Positions 1-9,268 of a stretch of DNA of 64,000 nt are shown piece by piece (positions within the stretch are counted from its first letter, which is position 1; every line of letters starts with the position of its first letter). A model generated the notes under the pieces. The model was not told where the DNA came from, searched no databases, and worked only from the letters and a program-made list of their open reading frames with translations. A program made the translations under genes and the position numbers. This DNA comes from Gammaproteobacteria bacterium (GTDB lineage: Bacteria; Pseudomonadota; Gammaproteobacteria; UBA4575). The stretch lies in contig CBDCUI010000008.1 in NCBI GenBank assembly GCA_965222615.1, positions 192,001 to 256,000 of the forward strand, given 5' to 3'.

Positions 1-286
1 CGAGTCCATCGTGTAGGCCTTTGTTGCCTTCTATAATGCTGATGTCTGTATTTAAACTATGGGTTGCAAACATGGACCGGATTTCTGCTTTGGATTGGGT
101 CCAGAAATCTAGGTTGTAGCAGCTACGTCCGCTGGCTTCTTTAAGCCAAATAGCATCTATATAGTCAGGACCTTTTTTAAAGGCCTGTATGTTTAAGCCT
201 TTTTCGCGCAATGCTGCGCATATGCCAAGGCTTAAGACGGTTTTACCGGAGGACTTGTGGGCGGCGGAAATTAGTAGATGTGCCAC
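1..286 (-). CDS. dsrN: DsrN, cobyrinate a,c-diamide synthase-like siroheme amidase (5' part; runs off the window)
   Basis: Not in the ORF track. Manual translation from GTG at 286: MAHLLISAAHKSSGKTVLSLGICAALREKGLNIQAFKKGPDYID (P-loop and the CbiA/DsrN FKKGPDYID motif). Directly after dsrP. Confidence 0.9.
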   Translation of the reverse strand, partial: MAHLLISAAHKSSGKTVLSLGICAALREKGLNIQAFKKGPDYIDAIWLKEASGRSCYNLDFWTQSKAEIRSMFATHSLNTDISIIEGNKGLHDGL

Positions 287-293
287 AATTTAA

Positions 294-378
294 TTGAAGA
301 AGCTATAATTTATTCTGCCTTAATTAATTTTCTTAGGTCGTTAAAAAATAATCTCAAAATAAATCAGAGTTTCCCTAA
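294..378. repeat. Internally deleted ERIC/RPE-like palindromic element (copy A)
   Basis: Imperfect terminal IR ttgaagaagctataatttattctg / caaaataaatcagagtttccctaa. Contains gttaaaaaataatctcaaaat, nearly identical to the left arm of the copies at 30851 and 34381. Core missing; overlaps the dsrP stop. Confidence 0.7.
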
Positions 379-1569
379 GTTAAGGGCCTTGTCGGATAGA
401 CTTTCTGGTAGAAACTCCAGTACGGCAATACCAATTGCAACGATGATTAACGATAAACAGATTCCTCCAATACCTAGTAGCACTTCGAAAATACTCGGCG
501 CGTATTCAGCTACTACTCCATCATAAAAACTACTAGTAGTTTCCATGCCAGGGAACAATATTAAAGGATAAGCTTGTCCACCGATAACAATTACATACAG
601 TTGTGCAAGACCACCGATAATGACTAGACAAGCTGCCAACACCAACATGCTTCTAGACTGACTCATTGGCTTGATAAAAACTAAGGCTAGAGGAATTAAA
701 CAACCGATAATGATTTGTACTACCCAAAATAAAAAGGTGTAAATACCTCCATCTAACAAAATAAAGCGTTCGATCCCATGGTGTTCTGTGGCGTATAAAT
801 TAGTTAGGTGGTATGCCAATACAAAATAAAGTACGGTCGCCACAAAAATACCTAATAGTTTTTTAAGTTTATCCAAAATCGCATCACCCAGTGGACGATG
901 AGTCCATTTATAGCTAGCCATTAAAACTAAAATAAAAATCGCAAGACCAAATGCAAATGACATAATGATAAATAAAGGTGCCATAATGGCAGCATCATAA
1001 GCTTGGCGTGCCACCAAAAATCCAAAAATGGATCCGGTACCGGTGGTGAGTATGAGTCGCCAGATGAAAGCAAAAAATCCAGCAGGCTTACTGAACTTAT
1101 TCATTTTTCTTTCCATCATCATCCATAGATAGATCGCAACGATGAGGAGAAAGCCGGTATACAAAAAGATATTCCAAGCAAAAATTGATTTGAAATTATA
1201 TTTAGTCATAGCGACGATCAATCGATCGGGTCGACCCAGATCTAATACCAATACTATTAAGCCACCAACTAGCAAGGCGATAGCTAATAAGGCTGAGAGT
1301 CTTGCCAATGGTTTGTAGTCAGTTTTTCCAAATACCGACGATATCGAAGCGACGTTTAATGCACCGGATGCTGCAACGATTAAGAAAATTGCGATTACAT
1401 GTGGGAAACCCCATACGATTTGATTAGTCATACCGGTAATATGATGGCCTTCCACATCCATATGGTGCGCAGCTAAATAGCCCACTAAGGCAGCAAGCCC
1501 AAGTGCGCCTAATAAAATCCAATATTGGATGGATTTGGCGTCAATGGATGAGAATCTAGTAGTTTCCAT
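364..1569 (-). CDS. dsrP: DsrP, NrfD/PsrC-family membrane subunit
   Basis: Polytopic; WGFPH and DLGRPDR NrfD motifs; position in dsrMKLJOP. Confidence 0.95.
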   Translation of the reverse strand: METTRFSSIDAKSIQYWILLGALGLAALVGYLAAHHMDVEGHHITGMTNQIVWGFPHVIAIFLIVAASGALNVASISSVFGKTDYKPLARLSALLAIALLVGGLIVLVLDLGRPDRLIVAMTKYNFKSIFAWNIFLYTGFLLIVAIYLWMMMERKMNKFSKPAGFFAFIWRLILTTGTGSIFGFLVARQAYDAAIMAPLFIIMSFAFGLAIFILVLMASYKWTHRPLGDAILDKLKKLLGIFVATVLYFVLAYHLTNLYATEHHGIERFILLDGGIYTFLFWVVQIIIGCLIPLALVFIKPMSQSRSMLVLAACLVIIGGLAQLYVIVIGGQAYPLILFPGMETTSSFYDGVVAEYAPSIFEVLLGIGGICLSLIIVAIGIAVLEFLPESLSDKALNLGKL

Positions 1570-1600
1570 TAGTTTAGTTCACTTTTTTAAGTAAGCTTTG

Positions 1601-1727
1601 ATTTAAATTGTAGATTTTGTTCAAAGACGCGGCGCAGTGCTTTCAAGAAGCGCAGTTTACATAAAAGTAAATGAGCATCGGAGAAAGTGCTGCAACAATG
1701 TATTTGGACAAAAGATGCATTTTAAAT
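1601..1727. repeat. ERIC/RPE-like palindromic element (copy B)
   Basis: IR atttaaattgtagattttgttcaaa / tttggacaaaagatgcattttaaat; core gcag-tttac-ataaaa-gtaaa-tgag at 1652-1675; includes the dsrO stop. Confidence 0.8.
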
Positions 1728-2489
1728 ACCTTGATAACGGACACCGGTGTTAAGCCCCAAGTCGGCTCTTATCTGAGTACCACCATGTTTTTCTAATTGT
1801 TTTGAAATTTCACTATTGGGGTCGTTTAAGTCACCAAATAAAAGCGCCTTGTGGCCATCTTTGGCACAGGCCTCGGCACAAGCGGTGTTGTTGTCACCGC
1901 GGTCCACTTTGTGTACACACAAAGTGCAACTTTCGACACAACCTTTACCGCGTGGCGAATGCGGTAGTTGATCTTGTAATGGTTCATGTATAAACGAGCG
2001 TGCTTTATAGGGGCACGCCATCATGCAATAACGGCATCCAATACAGGTATGTTTGTTGACTAAGACGATGCCATCTTCGCGTCTGAATGAAGCACCGGTT
2101 GGGCAAACATCTACGCAGGGCGGGTATTCGCAGTGTTGGCACATCATCGGTAGTGAAATAACGTGACCAGTTTGTTTATCGGTTATATTAAGCTTGCGTA
2201 TCCATTGTGCATCGGTTTCTGGTCGATCCAAGCTCCAGAGTCCATGTTCCTCATTACATGCCGTCACACAGGCATCACAATCTTCTTGACAGAGGTTAGT
2301 ATTGACTAACATGCCCCAACGTTGTTGGTTGCTAACGGCTTGGTCGGCCGGTTTCGCACTAGTAGTTTGATAGAGCATGATACCTGGTGCAATCGCTAAA
2401 CCTCCTAAAACAACGGCACACCGGAGAAATTCACGTCGTTCGAGATTAGTTTCTCCTTGGTTTAATTTTGGATCTAATTTGTAACGCAT
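1722..2489 (-). CDS. dsrO: DsrO, periplasmic 4Fe-4S protein
   Basis: Tat signal ERREFL; CQHCEYPPCVDVCP, CIGCRYCMMACP and CTLC clusters. Confidence 0.95.
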   Translation of the reverse strand: MRYKLDPKLNQGETNLERREFLRCAVVLGGLAIAPGIMLYQTTSAKPADQAVSNQQRWGMLVNTNLCQEDCDACVTACNEEHGLWSLDRPETDAQWIRKLNITDKQTGHVISLPMMCQHCEYPPCVDVCPTGASFRREDGIVLVNKHTCIGCRYCMMACPYKARSFIHEPLQDQLPHSPRGKGCVESCTLCVHKVDRGDNNTACAEACAKDGHKALLFGDLNDPNSEISKQLEKHGGTQIRADLGLNTGVRYQGI

Positions 2490-2491
2490 GG

Positions 2492-2977
2492 TTATTGAGA
2501 AGGTAAGTTGCTTAACTGCAATGACTTATGAATCTTTTGCATGGGAAAATCAGCTTTCGCATCGAGTGCTTTACGTATCGCTTCTTCAGGTCGATCTGAA
2601 TGACATTGAAAGCAATCGATATTTACCGCCGCAAATTGGTGGCAGCTGGCACAGAAATGAGTGTCTTCAGAATAGCGTGCATATTCACCTTGCTCATTAG
2701 GCGTAATATGACAATCAATACAGCTATTTAGACTATATTGCGTAGTTCGAATCCCTTCGATCACTGTGCGGTCACGGTGATCTAAAATGAAATCAAAGTG
2801 CTGTCTACGCATAACTTCTACCGGTTCAACACATATAGTTTCTTCACTGTATTTACCTTTAGGTGGAGGAATGTCTTCAGGGTTTCCTGCATACACCATA
2901 CGCAAACCCACTCCGCAAAAAACTAGTGTGATGAGTAACAATAAATAGCTGCTATATCTCTTCCACAATTTTTTCAT
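2492..2977 (-). CDS. dsrJ: DsrJ, triheme cytochrome c
   Basis: N-terminal TM/signal; CIDCH, CASCH, CFQCH. Confidence 0.95.
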   Translation of the reverse strand: MKKLWKRYSSYLLLLITLVFCGVGLRMVYAGNPEDIPPPKGKYSEETICVEPVEVMRRQHFDFILDHRDRTVIEGIRTTQYSLNSCIDCHITPNEQGEYARYSEDTHFCASCHQFAAVNIDCFQCHSDRPEEAIRKALDAKADFPMQKIHKSLQLSNLPSQ

Positions 2978-3001
2978 TTTTAATTATTATTTAAGGAGTT
3001 T

Positions 3002-3150
3002 GGGGTGCTTCTAAAAATAGTAGATTTTTTTTCAATGTAAATAAAAGACTTTACACAGACTGGTATTTTACTTTCAGGCAAGGCAAAAATGCGCACAGGG
3101 AGGGAGTTTACATGAAGTAAATGACCGACTGAGCACATGTCTAATAATTC
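3002..3150. repeat. ERIC-like element, right end truncated (copy C)
   Basis: Left end ggggtgcttctaaaaatagtagattttt resembles 3151-3180; caggcaaggc...ggag-tttac-atgaa-gtaaa-tgac resembles the ERIC core GGAGCTTACATAAGTAAGTGAC. Confidence 0.7.
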
Positions 3151-3295
3151 GAGGGTATTTCTAGAAATAGTGGATTTTTTGTCAGAGCAAGGAAGTACCG
3201 CGCGCAAAACCGCAGTGTATATGTCAATACATGAGGATTTGAGCACGGGACTGACGAAGCTATGGCGGAAAAGACACATTTTTAGATGTACCCTC
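3151..3295. repeat. RPE-1-like palindromic element, 145 bp (copy D)
   Basis: IR gagggtatttctagaaat / atttttagatgtaccctc; core accgcagtgtatatgtcaatacatgaggatttgagcac; the + frame reads RKTAVYMSIHEDLSTGLT, like the RPE1 peptide; overlaps the dsrL stop. Confidence 0.8.
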
Positions 3296-5243
3296 AGTGG
3301 CCGAGTGCCATGTCGATGTACCCCGTCGGACAAACATCCGCACAAATATGGCAACCAATACATTTGCTGTAGTCGGTATCAACGTAACGACCGGTTGTAG
3401 ACTGATCTTTTTTAACCCGAAACACAGCATCTTGTGGGCAATACACCACACAGTTATCACATTCAAAACACATGCCGCAGCTCATGCAGCGATTGGCTTC
3501 TTCGATGGCTTGTTCTTCCGTGAAGTTTTTCATGCGTTCTTCAAAATGGCCTAGGACTTGTTTGGCATCCGGGCCGTGTTCTTCACGAAGGTTGCGTGGA
3601 GTAAATGGAAAGTGGCCTAAAAACAATTCGTCGTGTGCAATGATTTCGTGTTCTGCACGATCTTCATAGTTGTGCACAGAAAATTCAGATTGATCCGTAC
3701 CTCGATGAGAACCGTGCTCATAATTTTCAGGTTCTAGACCAAATTCTTGTAGCTTCTCTAATAGATCGAAGTGATGTACATCGACTTTGGGGCGTTTAGT
3801 GATTTCTTGATCGGTAAGAAAGTAATCAATACTTTCTGCAGCAATCGATGCTTGGCCGATGGCGGTGGTTAAAAGATGAGGGCGAATGATATCGCCACAT
3901 ACAAAATGACCCTCACGGTTGGGTATTGCATAAAATTTATCGGCATCAATTAAACCGCGACCGTTATCAAATTCTTCTAGGCCATCAAGGTCACCACCTT
4001 GGCCGATTGCAGATACGATTAAATCACACTCAATTTCAAATTCGGTGCCCTCAATCACAACTGGACGATTATCTTCCATTTTACATTCGGCCATACGTAA
4101 TGCCGTGGCACGCCCATCCTCACCAAGGATTACTTTTACTGGCATTACTCCATCTTTAATTTTCACGCCTTCACGCATGGCATCATGTACCTCGTGTTCG
4201 GCAGCAGTCATTTCTTCACGCGCAAATAGTGATGTAAGCGTTACCTCTGCACCCTGGCGTGATGCGGCATAGGCAGCATCATGTGCAACATAGCCACCAA
4301 TAACATGTTCAGGAGCTTCATCTTGTTTTAGCTTTTCAATTTTTCCGAGTCGGCGCGCAACCGAGACCACATCAATTGATGTATCACCGCCACCCACACA
4401 TACCACGCGATCTGCAGTAACCTGTAATCGACCGGTATTGAATGCTTCTAAGAACTTCACTCCAGATACACAGTTAGGTGCGTCGCCCCCTTCAACAGGA
4501 AGACCGCGTCCAGATTGACAACCTATGGCCCAAAGTACGGCATCAAATTCTTCTTCAAGTTCTTTTACAGAGATATCTTTTCCTACACGCGTGTTTAAAC
4601 GTGTTTCAATCTGGCCCATATCTAAAATGCGCTGAATCTCGTGATCTAAATAATTTCGTGGTGTACGGTAACCGGGAATACCATAACGAAACATTCCACC
4701 AAGCTCTTCATGCTCATCAAAAATTACACTAGCATGGTCTTTGCGGCGTAATTGATACGCTGCAGCGAGTCCTGCAGGTCCGCCACCGATAATGGCTATT
4801 TTTTTTCCAGATAATTCGGTTGGCGCTTCAAACTTAAAACCTTGTTCAAAGGCACTGTCACCGATGTATTGTTCAACGGCATTGATACCGACAAAATCTT
4901 CAACATGGTTACGGTTACATCCATCTTGACAAGGAGCAGGGCAAACACGCCCCATCATGGATGGAAACGGGTTTGCTTCGGTTGAACGTAAGAAGGCATA
5001 TTCTTGCATAGACATCTCTGCCGGCGGCTTTTCAATACCGCGCACAATTTGTAGCCAACCGCGAATATCTTCGCCGGATGGGCAGCTACCTTGACAGGGT
5101 GGTGTGCGATGCACATAAGTCGGACACTTATGTGAATGATCGGCTTCAAAAATCTTATCGCCAAAATTTCCCCACTCATAATCTCCATCTTCAAACTTTC
5201 TGAAAGTTAGTTTGTGAGTTAGTTGTTCCTTCGGGGTTGCCAT
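3294..5243 (-). CDS. dsrL: DsrL, iron-sulfur flavoprotein NAD(P)H:acceptor oxidoreductase (operon copy)
   Basis: PPCQGSCP, GRVCPAPCQDGCNR, FAD motif GGGPAG, second Rossmann GGGDTS, C-terminal CMSCGMCFECDNC/CIGCHICADVCP. Confidence 0.96.
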   Translation of the reverse strand: MATPKEQLTHKLTFRKFEDGDYEWGNFGDKIFEADHSHKCPTYVHRTPPCQGSCPSGEDIRGWLQIVRGIEKPPAEMSMQEYAFLRSTEANPFPSMMGRVCPAPCQDGCNRNHVEDFVGINAVEQYIGDSAFEQGFKFEAPTELSGKKIAIIGGGPAGLAAAYQLRRKDHASVIFDEHEELGGMFRYGIPGYRTPRNYLDHEIQRILDMGQIETRLNTRVGKDISVKELEEEFDAVLWAIGCQSGRGLPVEGGDAPNCVSGVKFLEAFNTGRLQVTADRVVCVGGGDTSIDVVSVARRLGKIEKLKQDEAPEHVIGGYVAHDAAYAASRQGAEVTLTSLFAREEMTAAEHEVHDAMREGVKIKDGVMPVKVILGEDGRATALRMAECKMEDNRPVVIEGTEFEIECDLIVSAIGQGGDLDGLEEFDNGRGLIDADKFYAIPNREGHFVCGDIIRPHLLTTAIGQASIAAESIDYFLTDQEITKRPKVDVHHFDLLEKLQEFGLEPENYEHGSHRGTDQSEFSVHNYEDRAEHEIIAHDELFLGHFPFTPRNLREEHGPDAKQVLGHFEERMKNFTEEQAIEEANRCMSCGMCFECDNCVVYCPQDAVFRVKKDQSTTGRYVDTDYSKCIGCHICADVCPTGYIDMALGH

Positions 5244-5295
5244 GAATTACTCCTTAATAATTAAGCTCCATTCAAAATACCTTGTTAAAATAATA

Positions 5296-6840
5296 TTAAG
5301 CCGCTTCAGCTTGTTCTTCATCATCATCCATCTGTGCAGAAGTGCCTTCTTCTGGTTCTAGCACGATGGCATTGCTGACCAGCTGATGCAGGCTCACTAT
5401 TTGATCCATACGAAAATCATAATACGGGAATACTTTTGAAAATTGACTCTTACAAATGGCACATATTGCAGCCATGTGGGTTACCCCATAAGTATCAACA
5501 ACATTTTTGAGTGCTTCCATTCGGGGTAGGGCACCCTTCACGCGCAACTCAATCAAGTCGTCTGTTAATAAACCGCCACCACCACCACAGCAATAGGTAC
5601 CTTCTTTAATGGCATAGCTCGGCATGTCCACAAAGTTATTGCAAACTGATTTAATAATGTCTCTGGGGATTTCAAATTGACCACCGGGTTTATTTCCCAT
5701 GCGCGAAGCACGCGCAACATTGCAGGAGTCGTGGTAGGTCACGACCATGTCATCATTTTGTGAGGGATCTAAAGTAAGTTTGCCTTGTTTAATTAATTCG
5801 TGAGTCACTTCACAAATATGTTGGGGTACCGGATAGTTTGGATCGAGAAAATCAAATGGCCCTGCAAGCGTATTTAAAAATGAATAAGCCACACGCCATG
5901 CATGTCCACATTCACCAAAAACAATTCTTTTGGCGCCGAGATCAATTGCGGCTTGGCGAATTCGTAGTGCAAGTTTTTGCATGTTCTCATAACTGCCGAT
6001 AAACATGCCAAAGTTTGCGGCTTCACTCGCAAAAGAACTCAGGGTCCATGAAAGGCCTGCTTGATGAAAAACTTTGGCGTAACCGATTAATCCATCAATA
6101 TGGGGTTCGGCAAAAAAATCGGCCGAAGGTGTAATAAGTAGAATTTCTGCGCCTTTTTCATCTACCGGAAATCGAACTTTTGCTCCGGTGTCTTCTTCCA
6201 CATCTTCTTCCAATCCTTCTAAGGTATCGATTAATGCGGGCTCGGGTAAGCCTAGGTTGTTACCAATGGTTTGTGCCTTGCCGATAATTTCATTGCAATA
6301 TTTTTGTCCTTTGCCCACGGCATCCATAACTTCACGCGCGGCCATGGAAATTTCTGCGGTATCGATTCCATATGGGCAGTACACCGAACAGCGCCTACAT
6401 TGAGAACACTGATGGAAATAGCTATACCAATCATCAAGTACTTCTTCAGTTAGATCTTCCGCACCAACCAATTTTGGGAAAAGTTTGCCAGAGAGAGTGA
6501 AATAACGACGATAGACTTTGCGGTATAAATCCTGCCTTGCCACAGGCATATTTTTTGGATCGGTTGTGCCTAGGTAGTAATGACATTTATCGGTGCAGGC
6601 ACCACACTTTACACAGGCGTCAAGAAACACTTGCAAAGAGCGATACTTTTTATTGAGCTCGCCCATTTTATCGATCGCGACTTGCTGCCAGTTATCCACC
6701 AGCTCACCAGGAAAGCCGAGCTTTTCTTGGAACTCCGCTTTGGCTACAAAAGGTTGGCTATGTGCCATCACGCCTTTTTGTAGATGAGGGATAATTGGAT
6801 ACTCTTTAAGTTCCGGCGTATCGAATTCTGTAGCAGCCAT
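5296..6840 (-). CDS. dsrK: DsrK, HdrD-like Fe-S subunit
   Basis: CVKCGACTDKC, CSQCRRCSVYCP, CCG domain (YHDSC, CCGGGGG). Confidence 0.96.
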   Translation of the reverse strand: MAATEFDTPELKEYPIIPHLQKGVMAHSQPFVAKAEFQEKLGFPGELVDNWQQVAIDKMGELNKKYRSLQVFLDACVKCGACTDKCHYYLGTTDPKNMPVARQDLYRKVYRRYFTLSGKLFPKLVGAEDLTEEVLDDWYSYFHQCSQCRRCSVYCPYGIDTAEISMAAREVMDAVGKGQKYCNEIIGKAQTIGNNLGLPEPALIDTLEGLEEDVEEDTGAKVRFPVDEKGAEILLITPSADFFAEPHIDGLIGYAKVFHQAGLSWTLSSFASEAANFGMFIGSYENMQKLALRIRQAAIDLGAKRIVFGECGHAWRVAYSFLNTLAGPFDFLDPNYPVPQHICEVTHELIKQGKLTLDPSQNDDMVVTYHDSCNVARASRMGNKPGGQFEIPRDIIKSVCNNFVDMPSYAIKEGTYCCGGGGGLLTDDLIELRVKGALPRMEALKNVVDTYGVTHMAAICAICKSQFSKVFPYYDFRMDQIVSLHQLVSNAIVLEPEEGTSAQMDDDEEQAEAA

Positions 6841-6842
6841 AA

Positions 6843-7610
6843 TTAATTCGTTTCAGATGATTTAGAAGAAGCAAGTTTTGTTGCCCATTCCGCGATATGA
6901 CGACGTTCACGTGGGTTGTCCATTTGATTTCGTGTCGGGCTAAAAAACACACCTGGAGCATGTAAAAGTTTGCTAAATGGAAAAATAATCATTAATAAAA
7001 TAACTAAACTTAGATGCACTATTAAGATTAAATCGTTAGGTAAAGGCGACCAATTAAAAGTCATTAGACCTAGTAAAAATGATTTCAACGAAATGATGTC
7101 AACATGGTCGACAAAGGTCATCAATGCCCCGGTTGCTCCGATTGCAATTAACAGCAGTAGCATTAAATGATCAGAGGGTGCGGAAATATAACGCACACGA
7201 TCGACAAGTAGTCTTCTTCCCCACAAACCTATTAAACCAATCAACATCATAAATGCGGCGTATTTCCCAAATGGCTGTAAAAAAGTAACCCAAGCCCAAA
7301 CCGGATCTATGAAATAGCGCAAATGTCGTAACAACACTAAAAGTAAACCGAAATGGAATAACCAACCAAATAACCAGGTCCACTTGTTGGACTTAAACAG
7401 GCTTTCAAAAATAGTGAGCTCTTTGATCATTCTAAATACGACTCCGCCGCGTGTGGTAGGAGCAGGGGTGGTTGGAATTTTTAGAGGTGCGGGTGTTTTA
7501 GCGTAACACCAAGCCTTATAAGCGACACCAAAAACTAAAATAGCAGTCGCTAGGTAAAATAAAAATGCATACGTTACGGTCAAGGTTGACATCAATTGTG
7601 AGTCTTTCAC
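6843..7610 (-). CDS. dsrM: DsrM, NarI-like diheme b membrane subunit (start may be ATG 7592)
   Basis: TM helices with heme-ligand His (WLFHF, LRHLR, PFSKLLH); between dsrC and dsrK. Confidence 0.94.
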   Translation of the reverse strand: MKDSQLMSTLTVTYAFLFYLATAILVFGVAYKAWCYAKTPAPLKIPTTPAPTTRGGVVFRMIKELTIFESLFKSNKWTWLFGWLFHFGLLLVLLRHLRYFIDPVWAWVTFLQPFGKYAAFMMLIGLIGLWGRRLLVDRVRYISAPSDHLMLLLLIAIGATGALMTFVDHVDIISLKSFLLGLMTFNWSPLPNDLILIVHLSLVILLMIIFPFSKLLHAPGVFFSPTRNQMDNPRERRHIAEWATKLASSKSSETN

Positions 7611-7680
7611 ATTTCATGCTTCGTACAAATACGAACTAAAATTGTTTTTGAGAGGCAGACTAGCTGCCATTGCTCAATTT

Positions 7681-7748
7681 ATTTAAGGGGGTTCTGATTT
7701 ATTTAGTACATTTTTTTACGCAGCATCAAAAATCAGAATGTCTTAAAT
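7681..7748. repeat. Internally deleted ERIC/RPE-like element (copy E)
   Basis: IR atttaagggggttctgattt / aaatcagaatgtcttaaat resembles the family termini; no core; 1 nt from the dsrC stop. Confidence 0.6.
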
Positions 7749-7749
7749 G

Positions 7750-8082
7750 TTATACACAACCCGTTGGTTTTGGCAGTCCAGCATATTTACAAGCTTGTTT
7801 TGCGGGACCATACGGAAACAGTTCGTATAAATATTTGCTGTTGCCTTTATCTTTGCCAAGTTTTTTGCCAATTGCTTTAGTAAGTACGCGTACAGCGGGA
7901 GCAATTTGGTATTCTTCGTAGTATTCGCGTAAGAAGTTAATAACTTCCCAATGGTTGTCTCCAAGTTCTGCACCATCGGCTGCAGCCATTGCTTCGGCTA
8001 ACTCTGGTTGCCAATCATTGAGGTTAGCTAAATAACCTTCTTCATCAGTCTCGTAAGACTTGCCATTTACTTCTAAGGGCAT
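7750..8082 (-). CDS. dsrC: DsrC sulfur carrier
   Basis: C-terminal ACKYAGLPKPTGCV with both cysteines (CX10C). Confidence 0.97.
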   Translation of the reverse strand: MPLEVNGKSYETDEEGYLANLNDWQPELAEAMAAADGAELGDNHWEVINFLREYYEEYQIAPAVRVLTKAIGKKLGKDKGNSKYLYELFPYGPAKQACKYAGLPKPTGCV

Positions 8083-8109
8083 ACGACTCTCCTGTGTAAT
8101 AAAAATTAA

Positions 8110-8418
8110 TTAAAGCCAAGACTGAACTGTGTCATGTTCAGTCGTTAAATCTACAAAGCCGTCATAATCGATAACTTCAATACCATCGACCACATTATTG
8201 TCACTGAGGCCGCGGGCTTTGATATCGGGGCCTAAGACGTAAAATGAAAAATTACTCATTGCTTGAGATACAGTATCACTAAATTTTGTATTCTGCATCG
8301 CGCCAATAACACCATCTTCAAATAAAAGAACTGAGCTGCCTTTTTTTGCTAAACGCAAGCAGGATTCAAGCGTATTCCGTTCAAAGGGAGATTTATTTAC
8401 GGTATGTAATGTTGCCAT
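8110..8418 (-). CDS. dsrH: DsrH (TusB family)
   Basis: LHTVNKSPF...LLFEDGV...DIKARGL; order E-F-H-C. Confidence 0.95.
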   Translation of the reverse strand: MATLHTVNKSPFERNTLESCLRLAKKGSSVLLFEDGVIGAMQNTKFSDTVSQAMSNFSFYVLGPDIKARGLSDNNVVDGIEVIDYDGFVDLTTEHDTVQSWL

Positions 8419-8426
8419 AATGATTT

Positions 8427-8846
8427 TTAAAAACTTAGAATTACATCTTGTTCATCGATAATTGTGGACAATTCATCTCGTCCCACGACAAATAACGAAT
8501 CTTTTTCTGCCCAATCATCGTCTTCATCTTCGTATTTCAAGGCTTGAAGATCATCAGCTGATAAGCCGCGTTCCTCTAAAGATTCTTTTTCAACGTAAAC
8601 TTTTTTAATATCGTAATCACCCAAGGCGGTGTACGTTTTAGAAAAGTTTTTCATACCAATACCAGTGGTATCCTGATCTTTGGTAAGTTGATAAACGCCA
8701 TCGTCGGCAAATACCAGACTGATGTCTTGATCAAAAGCAGCTGCAATCAATACTACTTCTAATGATTCTAAAGCGTAAATGGTTCCATAGGGTGCTTTAC
8801 GATTTATGTAACAAAACTTTTTAACGATACCTTCGCCGTCTTCCAT
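8427..8846 (-). CDS. dsrF: DsrF (TusC family)
   Basis: KAPYGTIYALESLE, VFADDGVYQL, SLEERGL. Confidence 0.95.
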   Translation of the reverse strand: MEDGEGIVKKFCYINRKAPYGTIYALESLEVVLIAAAFDQDISLVFADDGVYQLTKDQDTTGIGMKNFSKTYTALGDYDIKKVYVEKESLEERGLSADDLQALKYEDEDDDWAEKDSLFVVGRDELSTIIDEQDVILSF

Positions 8847-8860
8847 TTAACTCTCCAATG

Positions 8861-9253
8861 TTAATCGCCAAAAGTTACCAGGCGATCGGCCTGAATACCG
8901 GCTTCAATGAGTTGTCCTAATCCTGAAATGCGAAAGCCTTTGGCCAAGTTATTTGCGTTTTTACCATGACGTTTCATCTCATCTTCGTCCAACATTCCAC
9001 GGCGTTGGGCAGCGGCAACGCATACCACTAAATCGAGGCCATGTTTTTCGGCTAGCTCAGACCATTCGTTGGTAAGGTTACGGTCATCTTGTGGAGGTAC
9101 ACTCAAGCTTGTGCCGTTGTTTACTCCATCATGATAGAAAAACACGCGAAAAATTTCGTGTCCTTTGTTTAACGCTGCTTTAGTAAATTGCAATGCAGAG
9201 TCAGACGATTGATGTGTATACGGGCCCTCATTAATAACGATTCCAAATTTCAC
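8861..9253 (-). CDS. dsrE: DsrE (TusD family) sulfurtransferase
   Basis: FFYHDGV; active Cys in VCVAAAQRRG; ISGLGQL. Confidence 0.96.
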   Translation of the reverse strand: MKFGIVINEGPYTHQSSDSALQFTKAALNKGHEIFRVFFYHDGVNNGTSLSVPPQDDRNLTNEWSELAEKHGLDLVVCVAAAQRRGMLDEDEMKRHGKNANNLAKGFRISGLGQLIEAGIQADRLVTFGD

Positions 9254-9268
9254 AGCGATCCCTCATGG

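Noticed and set aside
2980-3400. ORFs 2980-3363 (-) and 3137-3400 (+)
   Set aside because: They are read-throughs of repeat copies C and D overlapping the dsrL end, with no convincing RBS
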